The notes beneath the pieces were generated by a model. It saw only the letters and a program-made list of their open reading frames with translations. It was not told where the DNA came from and did no database searches. A stretch of 56,096 bases of DNA from Myxococcota bacterium. Lineage in GTDB: Bacteria; Myxococcota_A; UBA9160; UBA4427. Location: assembly GCA_046583195.1 (NCBI GenBank), contig JAYGCV010000090.1:1-56096 (forward strand). The letters are read 5' to 3'. Position numbers and translations under genes: made by a program. The first letter of the stretch is position 1. Every line of letters begins with the position of its first letter. Shown piece after piece: positions 46,457 to 55,623 of the stretch.

Positions 46457-48073
46457 CTAGCCGTGGATGCGCCTTTCGCGGCCGGCCCAGGCAGCCTCGC
46501 GCAGCTTGAACTTCTGGATCTTCCCGGTGGCGGTTTTTGGGAGTTCGCCGAAGGTCACCGCCTTCGGACACTTGAAATGCGAGAGGCGCTCGCGGGCGAA
46601 GGCGATCAGAAGAGCCTCGGTGAGGAAGGTCCCCGGCTTCTTGGTGACGAAGGCCTTCGGAACCTCGCCCCACTTCTCGTCGGGAATGCCGACGACGGCG
46701 ACTTCCTGCACATCCGGGTGTTGGTAGAGCGTGTTCTCCACCTCGATCGTCGAGATGTTCTCGCCCCCGGAGATGATGATGTCCTTGCTGCGATCACGAA
46801 GCTCGATGTAACCGTCGGGGTGCACTACCCCGAGGTCGCCCGAGTGGAACCAGTCGCCGCGAAAGGCTTCGGCGGTCGCTTCGGGATCCTGGAAGTAGCC
46901 GAGCATCACGTTGTTCCCGCGCATCACGACTTCGCCGATGCTGCGGGTGTCGGCGGGCACGTCGTTCATCGCTTCGTCGACCACGCGCAAGTGGATTGCA
47001 AAAAGGAAGGGCACCCCCTGGCGCGACATCAGCCGGGCCCGTTCCTCGAGGTCGAGGTCTTCCCACCCGTCCTGGATCTCGCAGACGACGTGGGGGCCGT
47101 AGGTTTCGGTGAGGCCGTAAAGGTGGGTGACGCGGAAGCCCAGCCCCTCCATGCGGGCGAGCAGCGTGGGCGACGGCGGGGCGCCGCCGGTGCAGACGCG
47201 GATCGGGGGGTCAAAGCGGCGGCCTTCGGCGGCGGGGTCGGAGCCGAGCATCAGCAGCACCGTCGGCGCGCCGTTGAAGTGCGTGACCCCGTGCTCGTCG
47301 ATCAAGCGGAAGACCTCGGGTGGGTCGATCGCGCGAAGGCAGACGTGGACGCCTGCGGCACCGGTCACCGCCCAGGGCATGCACCAACCGTTGCAGTGGA
47401 ACATGGGCAGCGTCCACAGGAAGGTGGTGCGTTTCGAGAGTTCGTGGGCGCTGATCTGCCCCAGGGCATTGAGGGCCCCGCCGCGGTGACTGAACATCAC
47501 ACCCTTGGGGCGGCCCGTGGTGCCAGAGGTGTAGTTGATCGAGAGCAGGGTGTTCTCGTCTTCGAGGTGCGATTCGATCGGGAGCACTTCGGCGCCCGAG
47601 AGAAAATCGTCGTAGGTCGCGGCCCCCTCGCGCGCACAGACGCTCCCGTCGGCTACCTCGATCACGCGCTCGAGAGTGTCGATGCCGCCGAGGACCCCGT
47701 CGAGGGCCGGTGCCAGTTCGGGGTCGACGAGCAGCATGCGCGCCCCCGAGTGCTCGAGGATATAGGCGATCTCCGCGGCACCGAGGCGCGTGTTGATCGA
47801 GACGAGCGGGGCCTCGATCAGCGGCAGCGCGAAGTGCGCCGCCAGGTGAACGGGGGTGTTGGGGAGCAGGACTGCGACGCGATCGCCGGCCCCGATTCCC
47901 GCGCGGCGCAGGGCGCCCGCCAGACGGCCCACTTCCTGGCCGAAGCGCGCGTAGTTCCAGCGGAGGTCGCCGTGGACGATCGCAGCGCGATCCGGGAACA
48001 CCCGCAGTGTGCGCTCGAGCAGGGTGATGGGAGTGAGCGGGTCGTTTGAAACCGCGGGATGCGAGATGGCGAT
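46457..48073 (-). CDS. Acyl-CoA synthetase (AMP-binding enzyme); start uncertain, probably non-canonical ATC at 48073
   Basis: YTSGTTGRPKG, YGLTE, HSGDLG, DRSKDIIISGGENI and PKTATGK. The family-like PLTPITLLERT lies upstream of the GTG at 48001. Confidence 0.9.
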   Translation of the reverse strand: MAISHPAVSNDPLTPITLLERTLRVFPDRAAIVHGDLRWNYARFGQEVGRLAGALRRAGIGAGDRVAVLLPNTPVHLAAHFALPLIEAPLVSINTRLGAAEIAYILEHSGARMLLVDPELAPALDGVLGGIDTLERVIEVADGSVCAREGAATYDDFLSGAEVLPIESHLEDENTLLSINYTSGTTGRPKGVMFSHRGGALNALGQISAHELSKRTTFLWTLPMFHCNGWCMPWAVTGAAGVHVCLRAIDPPEVFRLIDEHGVTHFNGAPTVLLMLGSDPAAEGRRFDPPIRVCTGGAPPSPTLLARMEGLGFRVTHLYGLTETYGPHVVCEIQDGWEDLDLEERARLMSRQGVPFLFAIHLRVVDEAMNDVPADTRSIGEVVMRGNNVMLGYFQDPEATAEAFRGDWFHSGDLGVVHPDGYIELRDRSKDIIISGGENISTIEVENTLYQHPDVQEVAVVGIPDEKWGEVPKAFVTKKPGTFLTEALLIAFARERLSHFKCPKAVTFGELPKTATGKIQKFKLREAAWAGRERRIHG

Positions 48074-48103
48074 GACGGTTCCCCTTTTTCGGATTGGCTG
48101 GTT

Positions 48104-49375
48104 TCAGGCGGCCGAAGCCATCCGGCGAAGCTTCAACTGTCGCGGTCCACGGATCAAGAACGAGTGGATACGCGGTACCGGCCCCTCGATCTCGAGGGCC
48201 GAGAGTCGCGGCACCAGGCCTTCGAGGGCTGCGCGCGCTTCGAGGCGCGCCAGCGAAGCGCCGAGGCAGAAGTGTGCGCCGAAACCGAAGCCCAGGTGGC
48301 CCGAGCGCGAGCGGCCGAGGCGGAAGACGTCGGGATCGTCGAACTGGCGCTCGTCGCGATTCGCGGAGCCGAGGAGCGGGACGACGATTTCACCCTTCGC
48401 GATGCGGGTGCCATTGATCTCGGTGTCGCAGGTCGCCTCGCGAAAGAGCAACTGGATCGGCGCGTCGTAGCGGAGAGCCTCCTCGATCGCCTCCGGGACG
48501 AGCGAGAGGTCGTCTTCGACGGCCTTCCGGGCTTCGGGATGCTGCAACAGGGCCAGCGTCGCATTGCCGATCAGGTTCGTGGTGGTCTCGTTTCCTGCCA
48601 CCATCAGCAGGGTGACGAAGTTCACCACATCCAGGGTCGAGAGGCTCTCCTCGCCGGCGTTCCCGTGAACGATCGTGCTGATGAGATCGTCGCCCGGATG
48701 TTTCGCGCGCTGACGGGCGATGCGGCTGAAGTAGGTGACCAGTTCGAGGAAGGTCTTGAAGACCCGCGCTTCAAAGGGGGCGTCGCGCCCCGGCCCGGTG
48801 GAGACGTCTACGATGGCGTCGGACCAGCGCTTGAAATCTTCGCGTTTGCCAACTTCGATGCCGAGGATCTCGCAGATCAGGCTCACTGGAAGGGGAATGG
48901 CGAGATCGCGAACCAGGTCGAAGGGGCCGCCGGCGTCGAGGATCTGCATCGAGACCGCGACGAGTTCGCGCGCCTGCACTTCCAAGCGAGCCACCTGGCT
49001 CGGGGTAAAGCCGCGGTTCACGATGTTGCGCATCTCAGCGTGCGGAGGGCCGTCCTCGGAGATCAGGTTGCGACCATTCTGCATCCGGTAGGGATTGACG
49101 CGCGCGCGCAGGATCAGCCCGAAGAAGAAGCGCAGCGCCGGAAGGGAGAGCGGCGGGCGCTCGCTGCGACCGCCATTCATCAAGAAGGTGCGCATCGCGC
49201 TCGAGGAGAACGTGTCCGAATCCTTGAGCACCGCGGCGACGTCTTCGTAGCGGGCGATGCAAAGGGCGCCGGTGCTCGTCGAGCGGTGGATCGGGGCTTC
49301 GTCGCGCAGCTGGCGGTAGAAGGGATAGGGATCGGAGACGTCGGGGTGATGGCAGGGGTCGAATTCGATCGTCAT
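48104..49375 (-). CDS. Cytochrome P450
   Basis: AGNETT I-helix, EALR ExxR motif and heme motif FGFGAHFCLG. Confidence 0.96.
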   Translation of the reverse strand: MTIEFDPCHHPDVSDPYPFYRQLRDEAPIHRSTSTGALCIARYEDVAAVLKDSDTFSSSAMRTFLMNGGRSERPPLSLPALRFFFGLILRARVNPYRMQNGRNLISEDGPPHAEMRNIVNRGFTPSQVARLEVQARELVAVSMQILDAGGPFDLVRDLAIPLPVSLICEILGIEVGKREDFKRWSDAIVDVSTGPGRDAPFEARVFKTFLELVTYFSRIARQRAKHPGDDLISTIVHGNAGEESLSTLDVVNFVTLLMVAGNETTTNLIGNATLALLQHPEARKAVEDDLSLVPEAIEEALRYDAPIQLLFREATCDTEINGTRIAKGEIVVPLLGSANRDERQFDDPDVFRLGRSRSGHLGFGFGAHFCLGASLARLEARAALEGLVPRLSALEIEGPVPRIHSFLIRGPRQLKLRRMASAA

Positions 49376-49489
49376 CTCGGGATCTCGGGGTCCGCTTGCG
49401 TGCGCGCGGGCCCAGCATAGCCGCTCGTGGGGCCCTGGAGGCCGGCCGGGGCGGGGTAGGCCCTCGACGCGGGGAGGGCGAGGCGTCAG

Positions 49490-49515
49490 ACTGGAACGCG
49501 TTTCAGTTCTAGAAC
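49490..49515. promoter_or_regulatory. Palindromic operator matching the KstR consensus TnnAACnnGTTnnA
   Basis: TGGAACGCGTTTCA at 49492-49505 lies within the near-palindrome ACTGGAACGCGTTTCAGT, followed by the palindrome GTTCTAGAAC; divergent P450/ACAD intergenic region. Confidence 0.65.
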
Positions 49516-49539
49516 CGGCCCCAACCGGCGAGGCAAACG

Positions 49540-50718
49540 ATGTACATCGGATACGACGACGAGCAGGAGGCGCTGCGACGCGAACTCCGCGCGTACTACG
49601 AAAAACTGCTCACCCCCGAAACCGTTCAGGAACTTCGCCGAGGCGAAGGCGTGGGCGAGGCGATGCGCCGGGTCGTACGGCAGATGGGCGAGGATGGTTG
49701 GCTGGGCATCGGCTGGCCCGAGGAGTACGGCGGCCAGGGTCGCTCCGTCATGGAGCAGTTCATCTTCTTCGACGAGTCGATGAAGGCCGGCGCCCCGGTC
49801 CCGATGCTGACGATCAACAGCGTTGCCCCCACGTTGATGCAATACGGCAGCGATGAACAGAAGGCCTTCTTCCTGCCGAAGATCCTGAAGGGCGATCTGC
49901 ACTTCTGCATCGGCTACACCGAGCCGAATGCGGGGACCGATCTGGCCTCGCTCACGACCCGCGCCGATCGCGACGGCGACGATTGGGTGATCAACGGGCA
50001 GAAGGTCTTTACCAGCCTCGCCGGCGACGCCGACTACGTGTGGCTTGCGGTTCGCACCGACCCAGAGGTCGCGAAGCACGAGGGACTCTCGCTCTTCGCC
50101 GTGGAAATGAAGACCCCGGGAATTTCAAAGGACCCGATGGATCTTCTCTCGGACCACGATATCCACACCACCTACTACGACAACGTGCGCGTTCCGGCCT
50201 CGGCCCTCGTCGGTGGTCTGAACCGCGGCTGGCGTCTGATCATCAACCAATTGAATCACGAGCGCGTCACCCTCTGCTCGCCGGGGATGCTCGAGGGCGT
50301 TTATGACGAAACCGTCCGGTGGGCACGCGAAACGCGGCGTCCGGACGGTCGGCGCGTGATCGACGACGAGTGGGTGCAGGTGAACCTGGCACGTGTGCGG
50401 GCTGGCCTCGAGTTTTTGCGGCTGATCAACTGGAAGGTGGCGTGGACGGGAACCCAGGGGAGGCTCGACGTGGCCGATGCCTCGGCGGTCAAGGTCTTCG
50501 GGACCGAGTTTTACATGGAATCGTTTCGCCACCTGATGGAGGTGCTCGGGCCCCGCGGCTACCTGGCCCCGGGATCGCCCGGAAGCGCCGTTCGCGGCCA
50601 CCTCGAGACCCTCTACCGCAGTCTTTTGATCTTGACCTTCGGCGGCGGCACCAACGAGATCCAGCGCGACCTGATCGGAATGTTTGGCCTCGGCCTGCCG
50701 CGGGCGCCGCGGTTCTAG
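49540..50718 (+). CDS. Acyl-CoA dehydrogenase, FadE26/ChsE4-like
   Basis: GAPVPMLTINSVAPT, GYTEPNAGTDLA, QLNHERV, WVQVNLARV and LILTFGGGTNEIQRD closely resemble mycobacterial FadE26 as recalled. Confidence 0.88.
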   Translation: MYIGYDDEQEALRRELRAYYEKLLTPETVQELRRGEGVGEAMRRVVRQMGEDGWLGIGWPEEYGGQGRSVMEQFIFFDESMKAGAPVPMLTINSVAPTLMQYGSDEQKAFFLPKILKGDLHFCIGYTEPNAGTDLASLTTRADRDGDDWVINGQKVFTSLAGDADYVWLAVRTDPEVAKHEGLSLFAVEMKTPGISKDPMDLLSDHDIHTTYYDNVRVPASALVGGLNRGWRLIINQLNHERVTLCSPGMLEGVYDETVRWARETRRPDGRRVIDDEWVQVNLARVRAGLEFLRLINWKVAWTGTQGRLDVADASAVKVFGTEFYMESFRHLMEVLGPRGYLAPGSPGSAVRGHLETLYRSLLILTFGGGTNEIQRDLIGMFGLGLPRAPRF

Positions 50719-50730
50719 GGGGAAGAAAGA

Positions 50731-51861
50731 ATGGATTTCGCCTACAGCGACGAACAGGGTGCGATCAGCGAACTCGCGCGGAAGATCTTCAGCGATCGGG
50801 TCCAGCCCGACGGGCTGCGAGCGCTCGAGCGTTCCGAGGCGCCGCGCTTTGACGAGGGTCTCTGGAGGGCACTGGCCGATGCGGGCCTGGTGGGCATCGC
50901 GATCCCCGAGGCCGAGGGCGGGGGCGGACTCGGTTTTCTCGAACTGTCGGTGATCCTCGACGAACTCGGCCGCGCCGTGGCCCCCGTGCCCCTCTACGAA
51001 TCGTTGGTGCTGGGTTCGCTGCCGCTGGTGGAGTTTGGCAGCGACGCGCAGCGCGAGCGTTGGCTGCCGGCGATGGCCTGCGGCGAGGCGATCTGGACCG
51101 CGGCGTTGCAGGAGCCCGAGGCTTCGGCGGCGGCACCCGAGACGCGGGCGCGAGCGGTGGAAGGCGGCTTTGAGCTTTCGGGCGAGAAGATCGGTGTGCC
51201 GGCAGCGGAACTCGCCAGCGGAATCTGGACGCCAGCGCTCCTGGAAGACGGAAGCGTTGGAATCTTCGGGCTCGACCCGACGGTGAGCGGTGTCGAGATC
51301 GTGCCGGTCGTGACCACGAGCGGACAGCCCGAGGCGATGCTGCGACTCGATGGCGCCCGGGTAGAAGCAGAAGCGAGGCTCGCACCGGATAGGGATGGCC
51401 TCGAAGTGATTGACTGGATTCGCCTGCGCGCCACTGCCGGGCTGTGCTCGATGGCGGCCGGCGTCTGCCAGATCGCCCTCGATCTGACTGCCGAGTACGT
51501 AAAGACGCGAAAGCAGTTCGACCAGCCGATCGCGATGTTCCAGGCCGTCGGGCACCGTGTCGCCGACGCCTACATCGATACCGAGTCGGTGAAGCTTTCG
51601 GCCCAACAGGCGGCCTGGAGAATCGGGGCAGGGCGGCCCGCCGAGGCGCAGGTGGCGATCGCAAAATTTTTCGCGGCGGAGGCGGGCAACCGCGTGGTGT
51701 TGGCGGCGCAGCACCTCCACGGGGGCATAGGGGTTGATCGCGACTACCCGCTGCACCGCTACTACCTCTACGCGAAGCAGATCGAGTTGACTCTCGGCGG
51801 CGCCAGCTACCAGCTGCGCACCCTCGGTCGCATGCTCGCCGACGAGGGCGCGTCGACCTGA
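50731..51861 (+). CDS. Acyl-CoA dehydrogenase, FadE27/ChsE5-like partner subunit
   Basis: MDF start, RFDEGLWRAL, RKQFDQPIAMFQAV and HLHGGIGVDRDYPLHRY; tandem with the FadE26-like gene. Confidence 0.85.
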   Translation: MDFAYSDEQGAISELARKIFSDRVQPDGLRALERSEAPRFDEGLWRALADAGLVGIAIPEAEGGGGLGFLELSVILDELGRAVAPVPLYESLVLGSLPLVEFGSDAQRERWLPAMACGEAIWTAALQEPEASAAAPETRARAVEGGFELSGEKIGVPAAELASGIWTPALLEDGSVGIFGLDPTVSGVEIVPVVTTSGQPEAMLRLDGARVEAEARLAPDRDGLEVIDWIRLRATAGLCSMAAGVCQIALDLTAEYVKTRKQFDQPIAMFQAVGHRVADAYIDTESVKLSAQQAAWRIGAGRPAEAQVAIAKFFAAEAGNRVVLAAQHLHGGIGVDRDYPLHRYYLYAKQIELTLGGASYQLRTLGRMLADEGAST

Positions 51862-51867
51862 GCGCCT

Positions 51868-52791
51868 TCAGTCCTTCGCCCACACGGGCGAACGCACGAG
51901 CGAGGTCAAAAGGCCCAGGTAGGTCTGGCTGCGGGGGGGCAGGTCGCCGGTGGCCTCGAGCCCCAAGGTCGTTCGCCGCAGGGCGTAATAGGGAATCGCC
52001 GGGTGCTCGTGGTGCGTGCGGTGCTCGGAGAAGCCGTAGCAGCCAAAGAGCAGCGTCTGCAGGCGGCCGCAGCGGAAGTTTCGCAGGGCCGCGTCGCCCT
52101 CGACCGCGTCGTCGAAGGGAGTGCGCTGGTGTTCGGCGATGGCGCGCAGCGAGGCCATCAGCGAGGTCAGGCTCACCAGGGCGTAGAGGATGGTGGTGCC
52201 GTAGACGACGAGCGCCCAGGCAAGGGCAGCGCTCCAGCTGGGGCTCCCGATCCTTGCGGCTGCGACGAGCAGGGCCAGCACCACGCTCTGCGCGAGGGCC
52301 GCGCGCAGCAGCCAGCCGACCCCCTGCGAGCGGAACTCGGGCCGGGCGAGGTGCGGGCTCGTCTGCAGCCGGAACTTCCGCAAACCCTCGGTGAGAGTGA
52401 GCGAGCGCAGGATCAGCGCCGCGAGGCGACGGCCGCCGATTTTCTCGCGATAGGTGAGCTTCGTGTCGCGGTCGGTTCCGAGTTCGCGGTGGTGCTCCCA
52501 ATGCCGATTTTGGTAGCTGTCGTGGTCGGTGCCGATCAGTGGGCCGACGACATAGCGACCGAGCCGCACCGAGCGGCGCTTGGTGCGAAAGACCAGCCCA
52601 TGGGCGCATTCGTGGAGCAGGTTCAGGAGACCGTTGCCGAAGAGTCCGAAGTGGAGCCAGGCGAGCGGAAGCAGCCAGGGTTCGAAGGCGGCGGCCGCCA
52701 CCAGAGGTCCCGCGTAGACGAAACCGATGTGTCCCGAAATGGCCAGGGCCGAAACCGCGTCGCTGCGCCGTTCGCGGGTGACTTCGACCAT
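51868..52791 (-). CDS. Membrane fatty acid desaturase family protein
   Basis: His boxes HECAH, HWEHH and HRTHH; TM segments. Confidence 0.85.
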   Translation of the reverse strand: MVEVTRERRSDAVSALAISGHIGFVYAGPLVAAAAFEPWLLPLAWLHFGLFGNGLLNLLHECAHGLVFRTKRRSVRLGRYVVGPLIGTDHDSYQNRHWEHHRELGTDRDTKLTYREKIGGRRLAALILRSLTLTEGLRKFRLQTSPHLARPEFRSQGVGWLLRAALAQSVVLALLVAAARIGSPSWSAALAWALVVYGTTILYALVSLTSLMASLRAIAEHQRTPFDDAVEGDAALRNFRCGRLQTLLFGCYGFSEHRTHHEHPAIPYYALRRTTLGLEATGDLPPRSQTYLGLLTSLVRSPVWAKD

Positions 52792-52795
52792 GGCG

Positions 52796-53752
52796 TTAGC
52801 CGAGAGCCTTGACGGCTTCGTCGTGAGTGCGCGCCACGAAGTCGATCATGCCGGGCGAGTTCGCGAGGCGTTCGATCGGGTAGCCAAAGCAGGCCGCCGC
52901 CAGCCCGGCGTACCAGCTGAGGCCCGTGCGCGGGATCGATCCACCCTCGCTTCCGTTGCGGAGCGAGAGCAGGCTCACCGCGATGCCGGCGGGATTGAAG
53001 GCTGGACGCACCGGGCAGTCGTCGATGCCGAGCCGCGCGAAGAGGGCGCGCACGCCCGCGGGCGAGAAGATCACGGTGTGCCGGGGCGCGTGGTAGCCGC
53101 TCCAGCGCGGGCCGAAAAGCCAGCGCTCGAGCGAGGCCGGGTTCGGGGTCTGGCCTTCGAAAATACCGCCGGGAAGCATTCGCTCGGAGAGTTTCCGGAA
53201 GGTGTTTGCCGGATCGGGCAGGTGCTCGATCACGTGGTTCATCGTCACGAGTCGGAGTTTCGGCAGCGCTTCGACCAGGAAGTCGACCGAGCCCCGGATC
53301 AACACGACGCGCCCGTCGCGGTGGCGGTCGATTGCTTCGTCCTCTGCGATCTCGAAGCCGAAAAGCGGGTTCGGGATGATCTCAGCGGCGGCAAAGAGGA
53401 ACTGCCCCCCGCCGCAGCCGAAATCGAGCAGCGGTTCCGACGCATCGCGTAGCAGGGGCCGCAGGCCTGCGAGGCGTGAGCGGTGCTTCCAGCGCGCCAG
53501 GCGCCCGGCTTCCCCCGCTGCAAAGCTGTGGTAGCCGGGGACGTAGAAGGTCGCGAGTTGGGTGGCGTCGGGCATGGGGACCTGGGTGAGGCTCTGGCAG
53601 CTCGCGCAGGTGTGGTATTCGACGCGCACCGGGGTGCGGTACTCGTGGTCCGGGACCGAGATTCGCTCGGCGCCGACGCCCCCGGCGAGGGGTTCGTCGC
53701 AGGCACCGCAGCGAGGCATTTCGTTCTGCGATTCGGCTCGACTCTCGTCCAT
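52796..53752 (-). CDS. Class I SAM-dependent methyltransferase with N-terminal Zn-ribbon
   Basis: CGAC..CASC, LLDFGCGGG, HVIEHLPDP and PRHTVIFS; start inferred. Confidence 0.85.
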   Translation of the reverse strand: MDESRAESQNEMPRCGACDEPLAGGVGAERISVPDHEYRTPVRVEYHTCASCQSLTQVPMPDATQLATFYVPGYHSFAAGEAGRLARWKHRSRLAGLRPLLRDASEPLLDFGCGGGQFLFAAAEIIPNPLFGFEIAEDEAIDRHRDGRVVLIRGSVDFLVEALPKLRLVTMNHVIEHLPDPANTFRKLSERMLPGGIFEGQTPNPASLERWLFGPRWSGYHAPRHTVIFSPAGVRALFARLGIDDCPVRPAFNPAGIAVSLLSLRNGSEGGSIPRTGLSWYAGLAAACFGYPIERLANSPGMIDFVARTHDEAVKALG

Positions 53753-53904
53753 TCTCGCCGTTTCCGGTTGCACACCCGAAGGCGCGCTCCTAGGGTAGAT
53801 CCAAGCTGGATCGGGAGCTAGGGGGATCAGCGCTTGGGGCGACACGTGGCGCTTCGCTTCACTCGTGGGCCGCGAGGCTCCGTCGTCCACCCGGGCTGGC
53901 GTCC

Positions 53905-55362
53905 GTGACCGCAGGGCTGCGCGGTCAAAGGCTCGTCACCGCGTTCGGCTTTGCGCTCGTCGTCGGCTGGATCCTTCTCGCCAAGCTCCTCGCCTACGAA
54001 CGGCTGGGAACGACCTCGGATCTCTACAGCGCGTACCAGCTGGCGACCACCTGGCTGGACGGGAATTTTCTGTACGAGAACGCGTTCGGCCAGCACCTGA
54101 GCATGCACACCTACTTCCTGACGCCGCTGTTGGCAGTGGTGGCCGTGCCCTTTGGTCCGCCGGGCCTGCTCGGGTTGGTCGCGCTTTCGGCGGGTGCCTC
54201 CTTCGTCGCGGCCCAGCGCATCCTCGAGGACCAGGGCTGGTCGTCGGCCTCGGCCGGGGGCGTCGGGCTCGTCCTGCTCTTGTGTCCGCTCTCGTTCCAT
54301 CTCTATTTCGACTCGCTCTACGGTTTCCACATCGAATTGCTGGCGCCCGCCCTGTCGCTCTGGCTGCTGGTTTTCCTGTTACGCGGTCGCACTGTCCCGG
54401 CGCTCGCCATGGCCTTCTCGTTGATTCTGATGAAGGAGGAGATTCCCCTGCTCGTGGCGGTGGTCGCGGGCATCGGGTTTTGCGAGAGCTGGATCGGCGG
54501 CCGGGCTCTGGACGGGCCCGAGCGACGTCGCGCAATTCGCCGCGCCTCGCTCTACACGCTGGCGTTGGCGGTGGTGGGGCTGGCTTTCTGCATGGCGATC
54601 CTCGAGGCGAACCAGCGGGTGGGGCCCTCGTGGGGAAGCTTCAGCCGGCTCGTCGAGACCCGCGGCGAAGGCATCGGAGACGCCACTTCGCTCGTCGCCT
54701 TCGCGCTTGCGAACGCGGGTTCGTGGTTCTCCTTTACGCTCGAAAAGGGGTGGCTCGCGCTGCTCTTCTTCGGAAGTTTTGGGGCCATTCTGTTTCGCCC
54801 GCACTATGTCGTGCTCGGCTTCGGCCTGTCGATCACGGCGTGGATGATGCGCGACGATCCCCTGTGGCCCGCGCGCCTGGCGCCGACCTGGTCGTTCCTG
54901 CTGTGTGTCAGCGTGCTCGGTGCGGGGAGTGCGCGGCGCCTTCCAAGGTCGCTCGGCGGGGGCCGGATACCCGTGGTGGCGCTCGGGCTTCTGGCGTCGG
55001 TGGTGGTGGTGGCGTCGCTTGGCTGGCAGTGGAGCGTGGCCCCGAGTTCAAAGCAGGTCTACACGCTCAAGACCGGGAGTGCCTACTCGGCGGCAGATCG
55101 CGCAGACGCAGATCACACCTTTGCGTACTACGAGGCCGCTCGCGGACCCGCCGACCCAGTGATCGCGGCCACGCTGCTCTTTCGGTACGCGGACGCCGAT
55201 CACCTCTACTGGTCCGATCGGCTCGAGAACGCTCCTTTCATCGAGTGGATCCTCTGGGATGGGGACTTCGATTTTTCATCGAGTCGCCTGGCCGAGGAGC
55301 GCTACGCCATTGAGTGGCGCGAAGGGCGCTTCGTGCTCTACCGGCGTCGAGGCGCCGGCTAG
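53905..55362 (+). CDS. DUF2079-like polytopic membrane protein (possible GT-C glycosyltransferase)
   Basis: SDL..YQ, H.YFLTPLLA, GFHIE and LMKEE motifs; many TM helices. Confidence 0.65.
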   Translation: MTAGLRGQRLVTAFGFALVVGWILLAKLLAYERLGTTSDLYSAYQLATTWLDGNFLYENAFGQHLSMHTYFLTPLLAVVAVPFGPPGLLGLVALSAGASFVAAQRILEDQGWSSASAGGVGLVLLLCPLSFHLYFDSLYGFHIELLAPALSLWLLVFLLRGRTVPALAMAFSLILMKEEIPLLVAVVAGIGFCESWIGGRALDGPERRRAIRRASLYTLALAVVGLAFCMAILEANQRVGPSWGSFSRLVETRGEGIGDATSLVAFALANAGSWFSFTLEKGWLALLFFGSFGAILFRPHYVVLGFGLSITAWMMRDDPLWPARLAPTWSFLLCVSVLGAGSARRLPRSLGGGRIPVVALGLLASVVVVASLGWQWSVAPSSKQVYTLKTGSAYSAADRADADHTFAYYEAARGPADPVIAATLLFRYADADHLYWSDRLENAPFIEWILWDGDFDFSSSRLAEERYAIEWREGRFVLYRRRGAG

Positions 55363-55384
55363 GCGACCGGGGCGTGGGGTGCGG

Positions 55385-55477
<93 letters not shown>

Positions 55478-55623
55478 GCAGCGAGCCGCATCGGGTCAGA
55501 CCCGAGCCGCGGCCCGCAGGGTAACGATTTCTGGAGCGAGGGCGAATAGGGCTGGTTGCGCATGGCCGCCGTCGGCGGCCCTGCTCTACCATCGCACCCG
55601 CCACCCACCGTGGGGACTTTTCG

